A DNA stretch of 33,036 nt. Origin: a virus. Taxonomy: Duplodnaviria > Caudoviricetes. The notes under the pieces were generated by a model, which worked only from the letters and a program-made list of their open reading frames with translations, was not told where the DNA came from and ran no database searches. Positions 1 through 8,500 of this stretch are shown here, in pieces; within the stretch, counting starts at the first letter, position 1, and the number at the start of each line of letters is the position of its first letter. The stretch lies in IMG/VR virus record IMGVR_UViG_3300005805_000270, positions 1 through 33,036 of that record, one strand, 5' to 3'. A program made the position numbers and the translations under genes.

Positions 1-16
1 TTGTAAGTGTTATCAT
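1..16 (-). CDS. 5' end (MITLT...) of a truncated CDS, probably the gp46/SbcC/Rad50-like recombination ATPase
   Basis: ATG at 16-14 overlaps the TGA stop (15-13) of the gp47-like gene (ATGA coupling). Gene 46 normally follows gene 47 in T4-like phages. Only 5 codons are visible, so the identity rests on synteny. Confidence 0.5.
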
Positions 17-1026
17 AGTGAATTGTAGATATCCAGTAAAATCTTTTTGTCAAACGATTTGCTTTCTATGGCATTGATTTGATCAACAATGATTTGATCT
101 ACACTTTCAAACTTCAAACCATCCACATTAGTTTGTTCCATTTGATCTAGCTTCATAGGAATCAACGTCATTTCACGCAGCTTGTATTCTGGAATCCAAG
201 TCTCACGTAAGAAATTTGCCTCTTCATAGCTAATCTCTATATCTAGATTTACTCTAACATGACTATCGATTAACAAATATGCTTCTGGTTTTTCGATGAT
301 ATCACTTAGTTTGTGAACTCTGAAAATGGGCTGTCTAGGCCAACTATGAAAGACTGGTTCTTGACCCCATTCTAGAATGGTCATACCACGTGCATCATCA
401 CCGGCATCTGCATAATTATGCGGGAAAGCATTACCAATGTACCAAATGTTCTTACGTGCTTGACGCTTATGAAAGTGACCACTGAACACTTTTTCAAACT
501 GTGTCAAGTGATTTTCATTAATCTCGCCGTGATCTGGCATTTCTACCATGGCATTCATGTAGAAATGTGGAAGTTCTAGGTGACCAAACAAATACTTTGC
601 ATTGTGCTTTTTAAGTTTTTTGTAATCATCTTGAACTAACCAAGGGGCAAAAACAACATCACCTTTGTTGAAGAAGTTGTTTACAATAGTAACATTGGGT
701 AAATGTTTTGCCCACTCTACACTATGGATATCTCTGCGATCCCTATAATATAGATCGTGGTTACCTGGGATAAAATACACGTGATCAAATGCATCATTCA
801 ATTTTTCTAATGCTTGCAAACCAAATTGCAATGTGTGAATGTTAATGCTTGCTCGGTGATGATTCCAATCACCCAAGAACATGCATGTCTCGCAATTTTC
901 TTTTTTGGCCTTTTCTATGAACCAGTCTACAAAATTTAAACAATCTTGGTTGTGTTGTAGGCTGTTCGATTTCAAGCCAAAGTGTATATCCGTAAAAATA
1001 GCTGCTTTTTTGAAAAGATTACTCAT
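13..1026 (-). CDS. gp47: Recombination endonuclease subunit, Mre11/SbcD-family metallophosphoesterase (T4 gp47-like)
   Basis: 337 aa with all calcineurin-like phosphoesterase motifs in order: FTDIHFG, LGDWNH, PGNHD, FGHLE, SGHFH. Adjacent to a gp55-like gene as in T4-like phages. Confidence 0.92.
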   Translation of the reverse strand: MSNLFKKAAIFTDIHFGLKSNSLQHNQDCLNFVDWFIEKAKKENCETCMFLGDWNHHRASINIHTLQFGLQALEKLNDAFDHVYFIPGNHDLYYRDRRDIHSVEWAKHLPNVTIVNNFFNKGDVVFAPWLVQDDYKKLKKHNAKYLFGHLELPHFYMNAMVEMPDHGEINENHLTQFEKVFSGHFHKRQARKNIWYIGNAFPHNYADAGDDARGMTILEWGQEPVFHSWPRQPIFRVHKLSDIIEKPEAYLLIDSHVRVNLDIEISYEEANFLRETWIPEYKLREMTLIPMKLDQMEQTNVDGLKFESVDQIIVDQINAIESKSFDKKILLDIYNSL

Positions 1027-1032
1027 TCTTGA

Positions 1033-1063
1033 ATTATGATGTATAACGGCTTGAATAGCAACA
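1033..1063 (-). promoter_or_regulatory. sigma70-type promoter for gp47 (probably leaderless transcript)
   Basis: Minus strand reads TG-TTGCTA (1061-1056), 17 bp spacer, CATAAT (1038-1033), then 6 nt to the ATG at 1026. No Shine-Dalgarno. Confidence 0.6.
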
Positions 1064-1070
1064 GCAATGG

Positions 1071-1967
1071 TTAACTTTCTTCATGGAGTACAGCTCCACT
1101 GGATATGCCCTGTCTAGACCAACTAGGATTCAATCCATTTAGTTCTAAAATATCATCACGTATGTTTTGGTTTCGTTTTTCAGTGTTTAAAACTCGACAA
1201 AAACTATTAGTAATGGCAGCAGTATAATATGCAAATGGATTACTGGATTTAGCTTCATTAAAACGTAAACCAACATAAGTCAATTGTAAAATAGCACTAT
1301 TTCGCATCTCATCGTTATATGTGTATCCTCGCCAGTTATATTTCATAGCGTACTTTTCACACATCATAATGTACATACGGGCTAGTTTATTTGTGATTTG
1401 TCCATGATCTTTGCTGAAATGTCCGCGGACTAATGGTCCTACCCAATGACTTTTTCCAACGCAATAAAAGCTACCATTCTCATCAATTTTATAATGTTGG
1501 AATGGCGGGAAATTAACTTTGACATGAACCATGTCATCTACTTCATCTTTAGTAGATGAATCTTCTAAATCAGCAAAAATTTCATCAGCATCATCTTCAA
1601 ACTCAAAAATGTCTTTTGCTGTTTTCTTTTTAACAGATTTTCTAGGCTGTTTCTGTGATACGGGTATGTGATCCCAGGTCATTACTCGAAATACTAAACT
1701 GGTGATCGGAATGGACTCGGGATCTACTGGTTTACCAGTTTCTACAGAAAGTCTAGTAGCTTTGGTCTCTTTGGCCTGCTGTATAATTTCAGGTTTATTT
1801 GCGTATTCTAATGATTTTTCTAGCGATTCTTGCGGTGTATCTACTATGTAATCATAGCGATGATATTCTGGTTTTGTGAAAAAACAATAACTAGTTTTGC
1901 TGTCATGTATTTCTTTCAGAATATCTTTATTATTTAGGTAGTTGACAGGTTTTTTGGTGATAGACAT
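1071..1967 (-). CDS. gp55: Late-transcription sigma factor (T4 gp55-like) with a ~160-aa insertion
   Basis: N-terminal NYLNNKDILKEI and C-terminal NWRGYTYNDEM...RFNEAKSSNPFAYYTAAITNSFCRVLNTEK match the gp55 pattern (YVNNKEL...NFSGYT...NF.ETK..NP.AY.T..CFNAFV.RIKKE). SD AAGGA at 1976-1972. Confidence 0.85.
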   Translation of the reverse strand: MSITKKPVNYLNNKDILKEIHDSKTSYCFFTKPEYHRYDYIVDTPQESLEKSLEYANKPEIIQQAKETKATRLSVETGKPVDPESIPITSLVFRVMTWDHIPVSQKQPRKSVKKKTAKDIFEFEDDADEIFADLEDSSTKDEVDDMVHVKVNFPPFQHYKIDENGSFYCVGKSHWVGPLVRGHFSKDHGQITNKLARMYIMMCEKYAMKYNWRGYTYNDEMRNSAILQLTYVGLRFNEAKSSNPFAYYTAAITNSFCRVLNTEKRNQNIRDDILELNGLNPSWSRQGISSGAVLHEES

Positions 1968-1993
1968 AATTTCCTTATTATTTTGCTAAAACT

Positions 1994-2024
1994 ATTGTAG
2001 CATGTTGGTTGCGTAAAAGCAACA
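1994..2024 (-). promoter_or_regulatory. sigma70-type (early/middle) promoter for gp55
   Basis: Minus strand reads TG-TTGCTT (2022-2017), a 17 bp spacer ending in TGC (extended -10), then TACAAT (1999-1994). Same TGTTGC -35 and spacing as the gp47 promoter. Confidence 0.65.
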
Positions 2025-2057
2025 AAGATTGAGTGAAAAGGTAAAAAAGCGCACTTT

Positions 2058-2072
2058 TATTTATGCTAAATA
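2058..2072. promoter_or_regulatory. Back-to-back T4-type late promoter motifs (TATTTA-tgc-TAAATA)
   Basis: CTAAATA on + (2066-2072) lies just before SD GAGGA (2078-2082) of the first baseplate gene. ATAAATA on - (2064-2058) faces gp55. The T4 late consensus is TATAAATA. Confidence 0.55.
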
Positions 2073-2091
2073 TAGATGAGGATAAACGATT

Positions 2092-2958
2092 ATGGCACAA
2101 CGAGGACTTCAAGGGGAAATACTACACACCAGACAGCAAGCCACGGCCCAAGATCAATACAACTACGCTAGTCTACGTGATTGGCGAGTTATTCTGAGTT
2201 TGGCCCCGGGTTCTAACTATTTGTACAAAGCTCCTAATCCCGGAATTTTAAAACCATTAACCGATACTGACGGTGTTGTATTTCCGTATACTCCGCAAAT
2301 TCAAGTACAATATACTGCAAATTATGATACGTCAGACATAACCCATAGTAATTACAAAATATTTCAATACAAAAACAGTTCCGTCGATTCGGTTACAATA
2401 ACCGGCGACTTTACGGCGCAAGATACTTATGAGGCTAACTACGTATTAGCAGTGATACACTTTTTCCGTAGTGTTACTAAAATGTTTTATGGACAAGACA
2501 GTAATCCACAGAACGGAGTTCCACCACCCCTTTGCTATATTTTTGGTTTGGGAGAATATCAGTTTAATAGGCATCCTATAGCAATAACAGGCTTTACCTA
2601 CAATTTGCCCAATGATGTCGATTATATAAGAGCTAGCACGGACTTAGGTGCAGATCCGTTTACACCGGTATCTAGCTTTTCTGTACAAAACACATCAAGT
2701 CCGCAAAATATAAGGTTGAGTTCGTCAAGCATTGAGCCAGGTGGACAACCGCCCATGCCACAGTGGGAAGGTTCTAGGGGAAGCAATTTTGCACCAACAC
2801 AACAACCTACATATGTTCCTACTAAAATGCAAATACAAATTTCAGCAGTTCCCATTGTATCACGTTTGGATATTAGCACTAGATTTAGTCTTAAAGATTA
2901 TGCGACCGGTGATTTACTATTGGGAGCACAAAGTGGTAGAGGTGGAGGTATTTGGTAA
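2092..2958 (+). CDS. Putative baseplate tail-tube initiator/cap protein (gp48/gp54- or CIS-tube-like)
   Basis: 288 aa, first gene of the baseplate cluster, directly before the LysM/gp53 gene. Beta-rich tube-like pattern (VFPYTPQIQVQY...VTITGDFT...PPPLCYIFGLG...PIAITGFTY...VPTKMQIQI). Good SD. Confidence 0.55.
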   Translation: MAQRGLQGEILHTRQQATAQDQYNYASLRDWRVILSLAPGSNYLYKAPNPGILKPLTDTDGVVFPYTPQIQVQYTANYDTSDITHSNYKIFQYKNSSVDSVTITGDFTAQDTYEANYVLAVIHFFRSVTKMFYGQDSNPQNGVPPPLCYIFGLGEYQFNRHPIAITGFTYNLPNDVDYIRASTDLGADPFTPVSSFSVQNTSSPQNIRLSSSSIEPGGQPPMPQWEGSRGSNFAPTQQPTYVPTKMQIQISAVPIVSRLDISTRFSLKDYATGDLLLGAQSGRGGGIW

Positions 2959-3272
2959 TGGCTACACTTAATAATGTATATCCACCGACAAGCCCGTACT
3001 ACCTCACTGAGATAGTCAATAAAAAATATTTAGACATTATGACTAATCGAGTCATTCCTGCACTAGGATCCGATGTTTTTTGGACAATAACACAGGTGTA
3101 TGAATACAGACCTGATACCTTGGCGTATGACTTATATAATGATCCAAGACTATGGTGGGTGTTTGCTCAACGTAATCCGAATAGGCTAAAAGACCCATAC
3201 TTTGATTTTGTTGCAGGGGTGCAAATATATCTTCCAAAAATGGATACACTAAAATTATCATTAGGCTTGTAA
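2958..3272 (+). CDS. gp53: Baseplate wedge LysM-like protein (T4 gp53-like)
   Basis: RPDTLAYDLYNDPRLWWVFAQRNP...GVQIYLP is the gp53/LysM signature. The start is most likely ATG 2958 (TAATG overlap with the upstream stop, SD GGAGG 2944-2948), not the TTG at 2952 used by the ORF track. Confidence 0.8.
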   Translation: MATLNNVYPPTSPYYLTEIVNKKYLDIMTNRVIPALGSDVFWTITQVYEYRPDTLAYDLYNDPRLWWVFAQRNPNRLKDPYFDFVAGVQIYLPKMDTLKLSLGL

Positions 3273-3273
3273 T

Positions 3274-5553
3274 ATGGAATACACAGGATATGAGTCAGCA
3301 TTTATTCCTACCCCGCCCGGTACTGTTTCTCAGGACGAAACTCCATCTGCACCAGTAGAAGCACCTGAACGAGCAGCCTACGGATCAACATACGCAGAAA
3401 CATTACGTAGAAATATACGTAAAAATCCATTAGCAGCATATTCTAGTTACACATATCAGTTGTCTCTTTATATGATCACGCCTGATGCATATGATGTATT
3501 TGTTAGAAATGGCAGAAAAGATATAGAAATTGTAAATCAAGCAGGAGCAGGATGTGATCGAGGAGCATATTTGATTGCTCAAAGTGGCGGAATCAACAAC
3601 ACATCATCTACACGTGCTCCGGGGTTTCATTATGATTATTTAATAGACGATTTAGTTATTAATGCTGCTATTAGTCCCACGGGAACGTCTGCACCGACGA
3701 CAAACACAGAAATGACCTTCATGATATATGAGCAATATGGTTTTTCGTTTATTTCTAATCTAAAAAGAGCAAAAGACGAATTAAATTTGTATAGTACCAC
3801 ACCTAACATAAAGGATGCCACAAACGCTAGCAGACAATTTTTTATACTAGGTGTTCAGTTTTTAGGTTATGATGATAATGGTAATGTGTTCACTGGCTTA
3901 GAAAATACATTTAAACGTTATTATGATATTTTGTTTACAAAAATTGATTTTAAAATAGACGGTCGTGCTACTACTTACAAAATAAATGCAGTAGCGATTC
4001 CACCTACAATATCATTTGGTCAAAAACGAGGAGTGATAGATAAAGGTGCTAATCAATTAGTAGGATCTACTGTACAAGAATTGTGCGATGCGTTATGTGA
4101 AAAGTTGAATAACGACCAAACATCACAGGTTCCTAAAGATAGAGAGTTTCCAAATAAGTATGTTGTGGATTTTTCATTAGCTCCTGAGATAGGCCAATCT
4201 AAAATTATCAGTTCTTTAGACGTAGATAAGATCAAATGGCCCATGGCTGTAGCTAATAACAAAACTGATGTCAATCCGGGTTTAGAAGTCAAAGCACAAC
4301 CAAATAAAGATGCGAGAATTGTAGCATTTAACCGAGATACCCCAATAATACAAGCTATACAAACAATAATCAATCAGAGTAATTATCTAATAGATGGGTT
4401 ACAGATAGCATATAATACAAAACCTCAGCCCAATAAAGAAGGTAACGAAGTTGATGTTGAAAGCAATAAACGAGCAAAATGGTTCAACATCTCAACTGTA
4501 GTATCAGGAGCAAAATGGGATACAAAAATTAAAGATTTTGCGTTTGAAATCAAATACGTTGTAAAGACATATGAAACACCTTTTGTATTATCAGTAGCAG
4601 CAGATAAAACATCGGAATACTATGGGCCATTTAAGAGATATGAATACTGGTTAACTGGTCAAAATTCTGAAGTACTGCGTTACGAACAAACAATGAATAA
4701 TGCATATTTCACTGTTGCTATAGATACAATGGGTGCAGACTCTGCGACAGGTAATGCTGCTACGGGAGGAAATGCTAATATACCAGTGGGTCTTAATAAA
4801 CGAACAGCAGGACCAAGACTCGGTAAATTAGATTTAGGTATGGAAGCACAAAATAATTATGTAACAAATCTAATAGACCCGGGTGCATATGCTAAGGCTA
4901 GTGTTTTAATTTTGGGTGATCCTGATTTGTTAAGTAATGATATGCCCACCGGAAATCCTGAATTAGATGCTAAAGGAGTACCTTTTTACGGTCCAGATGG
5001 GTATAGTTTAGATTCTAGAAGTGGTCAAACGTTTATAGAAATAGATTTTAGAGAAGCAATTGATTATGACCACGATCAAGGTTATATGCGTGTTAATGAT
5101 AAAATATTGTTTTGGGACTATCCCCCGTCGGTAAAAAAGAAAATTCAGGGTATTGTATTTTATTTAACCAATGTTAAAAGTATTTTTAGAGGTGGAAAAT
5201 TTACGCAGGACTTAGACCTAACAATGGCCACATTTGGATTCGATAGAGGTTATGGAGAATCTGATCAGGGTAGAGAAGATGCTAGACAACAAGAATATAA
5301 CAATAATGAACTTCAACGTTTACAAAAACGAGGTAACCCACCAGTTGGGTTAGTACAAGACACTCCACCAACAGGAGCTTCGTCAGGCGGTGATCCGTGC
5401 GGGCCTGCTGCAACTCCACAGCAAACTAATCAACAAGCTACTAATCAAGGTGTTGCAGATGACGATGCAACTCCCAACAATGTTGTAATAACAGGAGAAG
5501 CAAATCAAGATGTAGGTGGAAATACTATAAATTCACTAGGGGCAGGAGCATAA
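3274..5553 (+). CDS. Putative baseplate hub protein (gp27/gpD-like)
   Basis: 759 aa between gp53 and gp5. The C-terminal part has hub-like motifs (ASVLILGDP, FYLTNVKSIFRGGKFTQDLDL) followed by a ~100-aa low-complexity Q/N/G/D tail. Call relies on synteny plus weak motifs. Confidence 0.55.
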   Translation: MEYTGYESAFIPTPPGTVSQDETPSAPVEAPERAAYGSTYAETLRRNIRKNPLAAYSSYTYQLSLYMITPDAYDVFVRNGRKDIEIVNQAGAGCDRGAYLIAQSGGINNTSSTRAPGFHYDYLIDDLVINAAISPTGTSAPTTNTEMTFMIYEQYGFSFISNLKRAKDELNLYSTTPNIKDATNASRQFFILGVQFLGYDDNGNVFTGLENTFKRYYDILFTKIDFKIDGRATTYKINAVAIPPTISFGQKRGVIDKGANQLVGSTVQELCDALCEKLNNDQTSQVPKDREFPNKYVVDFSLAPEIGQSKIISSLDVDKIKWPMAVANNKTDVNPGLEVKAQPNKDARIVAFNRDTPIIQAIQTIINQSNYLIDGLQIAYNTKPQPNKEGNEVDVESNKRAKWFNISTVVSGAKWDTKIKDFAFEIKYVVKTYETPFVLSVAADKTSEYYGPFKRYEYWLTGQNSEVLRYEQTMNNAYFTVAIDTMGADSATGNAATGGNANIPVGLNKRTAGPRLGKLDLGMEAQNNYVTNLIDPGAYAKASVLILGDPDLLSNDMPTGNPELDAKGVPFYGPDGYSLDSRSGQTFIEIDFREAIDYDHDQGYMRVNDKILFWDYPPSVKKKIQGIVFYLTNVKSIFRGGKFTQDLDLTMATFGFDRGYGESDQGREDARQQEYNNNELQRLQKRGNPPVGLVQDTPPTGASSGGDPCGPAATPQQTNQQATNQGVADDDATPNNVVITGEANQDVGGNTINSLGAGA

Positions 5554-5554
5554 T

Positions 5555-8500
5555 ATGGCAGAGGATATCTTTAAGCCCGCTGGTGCTACAAAGGCAAGCA
5601 AACCTGATGCAGGTGGCGGCGTTATTAGATCGGTACCTGTATTCGGTATAGTAAAAAATAATATTGACCCTACAAGATCCGGCAGAATTCAAGTATATAT
5701 TTCTGATTTAGGTGGCGATGACCCGGATAATCCTGACAACTGGGCTACAGTTTCATACATGACGCCATTTTATGGAAGTGTACAACCAACTGCACCTACT
5801 ACAGGAGAAGGAGATTATGTAGCCAATCCTGCTAGTTACGGTATGTGGTACAGTCCGCCGGATCTAGAATCGCAAGTTATTTGTATATTCATCAATGGTG
5901 ATCCTAACTATGGTTTTTATATAGGATCAGCTCCCAAACCAGAAGCGTTGCATATGGTTCCTGCAATAGGATCTTCTGAGAAAATTATCACAAATAATAA
6001 TTCGGAATCACAAAGTTACGGTGGTGCCCCAATACTACCTGTAACCAATATTAATACTAACAATATAAAAACATCAGATGATGATAACTTTTTAGATTTG
6101 CCAAAACCTATACATAGTTATCAAGCTTCCATTTTATTTAAACAAGGTATCATACGTGATACGTTACGCGGAACCATAACTTCAAGTGCTAATAGAGAAT
6201 CTCCTAGCCGAGTTGGTTGGGGAGTAAGCACACCGGGCAGACCAATATATTCTGGCGGTTATGATGATTCTAGCATTGGTCAAGCAGCATTAGCAGGAAA
6301 CGACGAATCATTAAAAGTTATATCTCGCCGCGGTGGACATTCTATAGTTTTGGATGATGGTGATTTAATAGGACGAGATAATTTAGTTCGCATTAGATCA
6401 TCTGCAGGTCATCAAATTATGATGAGTGATGACGGTCAGACAATTTTTATTATACATAGCAATGGTCAATCTTGGATAGAATTAGGCAAAGAAGGCACCA
6501 TTGACATGTTCAATACTAATAGCTTTAATGTTAGAACTCAAGGTGACATAAATTTACATGCAGATAACAATATCAATATTCATGCAAAGAAAAAACTGAA
6601 CATAAAAGCAGAGGACATTTATATTCAATCAGAAAAAAGTACTAGCCATAATGTAGGTTCTGATTATAAAATTCAAACTTCTGGTAAATATTCCCATAAG
6701 ATTAGCGGCACAATGAGTTTGCAATCAGGGGGTACTGGGTCAATACAAAGTTCTGGAGTATTGTATATAAATGGAAGTAAAGTCAATCTAAATTCAGGAT
6801 CAGGACCTTCTGCTGATGCAGTACCACCATTACAAGACACTGCACATACAGATACGCTGTTTGATAGTGTTAAAGGTTACCTAGCAGCACCTGGTAAATT
6901 GAAAAGTATTACAACTAGAGCACCTGCTCATGCTCCGTGGGTGAATGCTAATCAAGGTGTAAATTCACAATCCTCTCCATCTGCTGAGGCAAACCTTCCG
7001 TCTGCACCCAACGCTAGCATTACCAAAGCTACACAAGTTGCGGAAACTTCTAGTACGGCTAGCCCACTAGCTCCGGCAGCGTTGGCTACAGTTCCGCCGG
7101 TACCTTCTGTAAGTAGCAGTATAGATCAGCAGTCTACAGGTGCGATTGTGGGAGCGGTGGCTACAAATGCAGCTAGCGGACCAGCTGCACAAGCCGTGAA
7201 AACAGGCGCCGGTATAGTTCCGACAAATCAAGGTCCTGTTGCAGCATTGGGTTCACTGGGGCAAACACCATCACAATTAGAATCAGCAGGTTTCTTAAAA
7301 CCGGGCTCATCTACATTAGTAGATTCATTAATCAAAGGTGGACAACCTATTTCAGGTGCATTATCGAAAAATCTATTTACAGGTAAAGGCGGTGTAAGTG
7401 ACTTAGCTTCCTTTGTGAATAATCCAACTGCTCAATTATCTGGTATGGTGACAAACCTTCAGAAGTCACAAACTGCTCTTACAAATGCAGGATTATTAAC
7501 AGGCAAAGAATCTCCGGTTGCTATATCAGGTTTGATTATGGCAGGATCTACCTGCGGTATAACATCTACTCTTAATACAGTTAAGAGTATTACCGGAGGT
7601 GCAAATGGTCTACCTAGGACAGGTGTACCGGGTGTGACAAATCCTGTCTTTAATGCATTAAATTCAGGTAATTTTGCAGCAGGTTTAGCACAGTCTACTA
7701 CAGGTGGATTAGGATCAATTTTAGGCGCCGTCGCTGCTATGGGTGTTGTTTCTAATGTCATGGGCAATAAAAATAGAGGAGCGACTGCTATGGCTTTCGC
7801 TGCTATAGCAACTACATTATTACCATTACCTAACAAGAGACCTGCAAACTTGAGAGCTATAAATTCTGAAAATATGGCTATAGCCGAAGCTCGATCTTTA
7901 AAAACAACTGATCCATTCAAAGATGCTAAAGACTTCTTAAAACTAACTGGTAGATTAGGAGGAGGTCAAGTCAATAGAGTAACTAGTGCAGTTGTAGGTG
8001 GATTGAACGCAATTAACAAATACAATAATGCAAGAACTCCTCAACAAACTATTAGTGGTGTAACTGGCATTATCGGTAGCGTAGGAAGATTAGGAGCAGT
8101 AACAGGCAACAAATCTATTGCCAAGAGTGCAAGAGAAGTTAATAGTGTTATAAATGCAACTAATCAAATTAATAAAGCATTGAACACTATAAGTAGTTCA
8201 AAAACTATAGTACAACAACTTGGAGGTTTGGGTAGAATACTTGGTTCTGTCGGACAAGTTGGTAGAGTGTTTGGAAAGAAAAATCTAGTAGCAAATACAA
8301 GAAAAGCAGGAACCGTAGTATCTAGCACACAAGGTATTCTAAGAGGAATAGATAGAATCGCTACAAGTAAGAACATAAACACAACATTAGGAGCATTAAA
8401 TTCTATAATAAGGAGTTCTAGCAGGATTCAAGGTGTATTAGGAAACAGAAGCAAATCAAGTGGTATGTCGATGATTCCGGGAGGTACATTAAGTATCGGA

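Noticed and set aside
2042-2064. AAAAG-CGCA-CTTTT hairpin as a terminator
   Set aside because: The stem is short and almost all A-T, and it lies between divergent genes where no terminator is needed.
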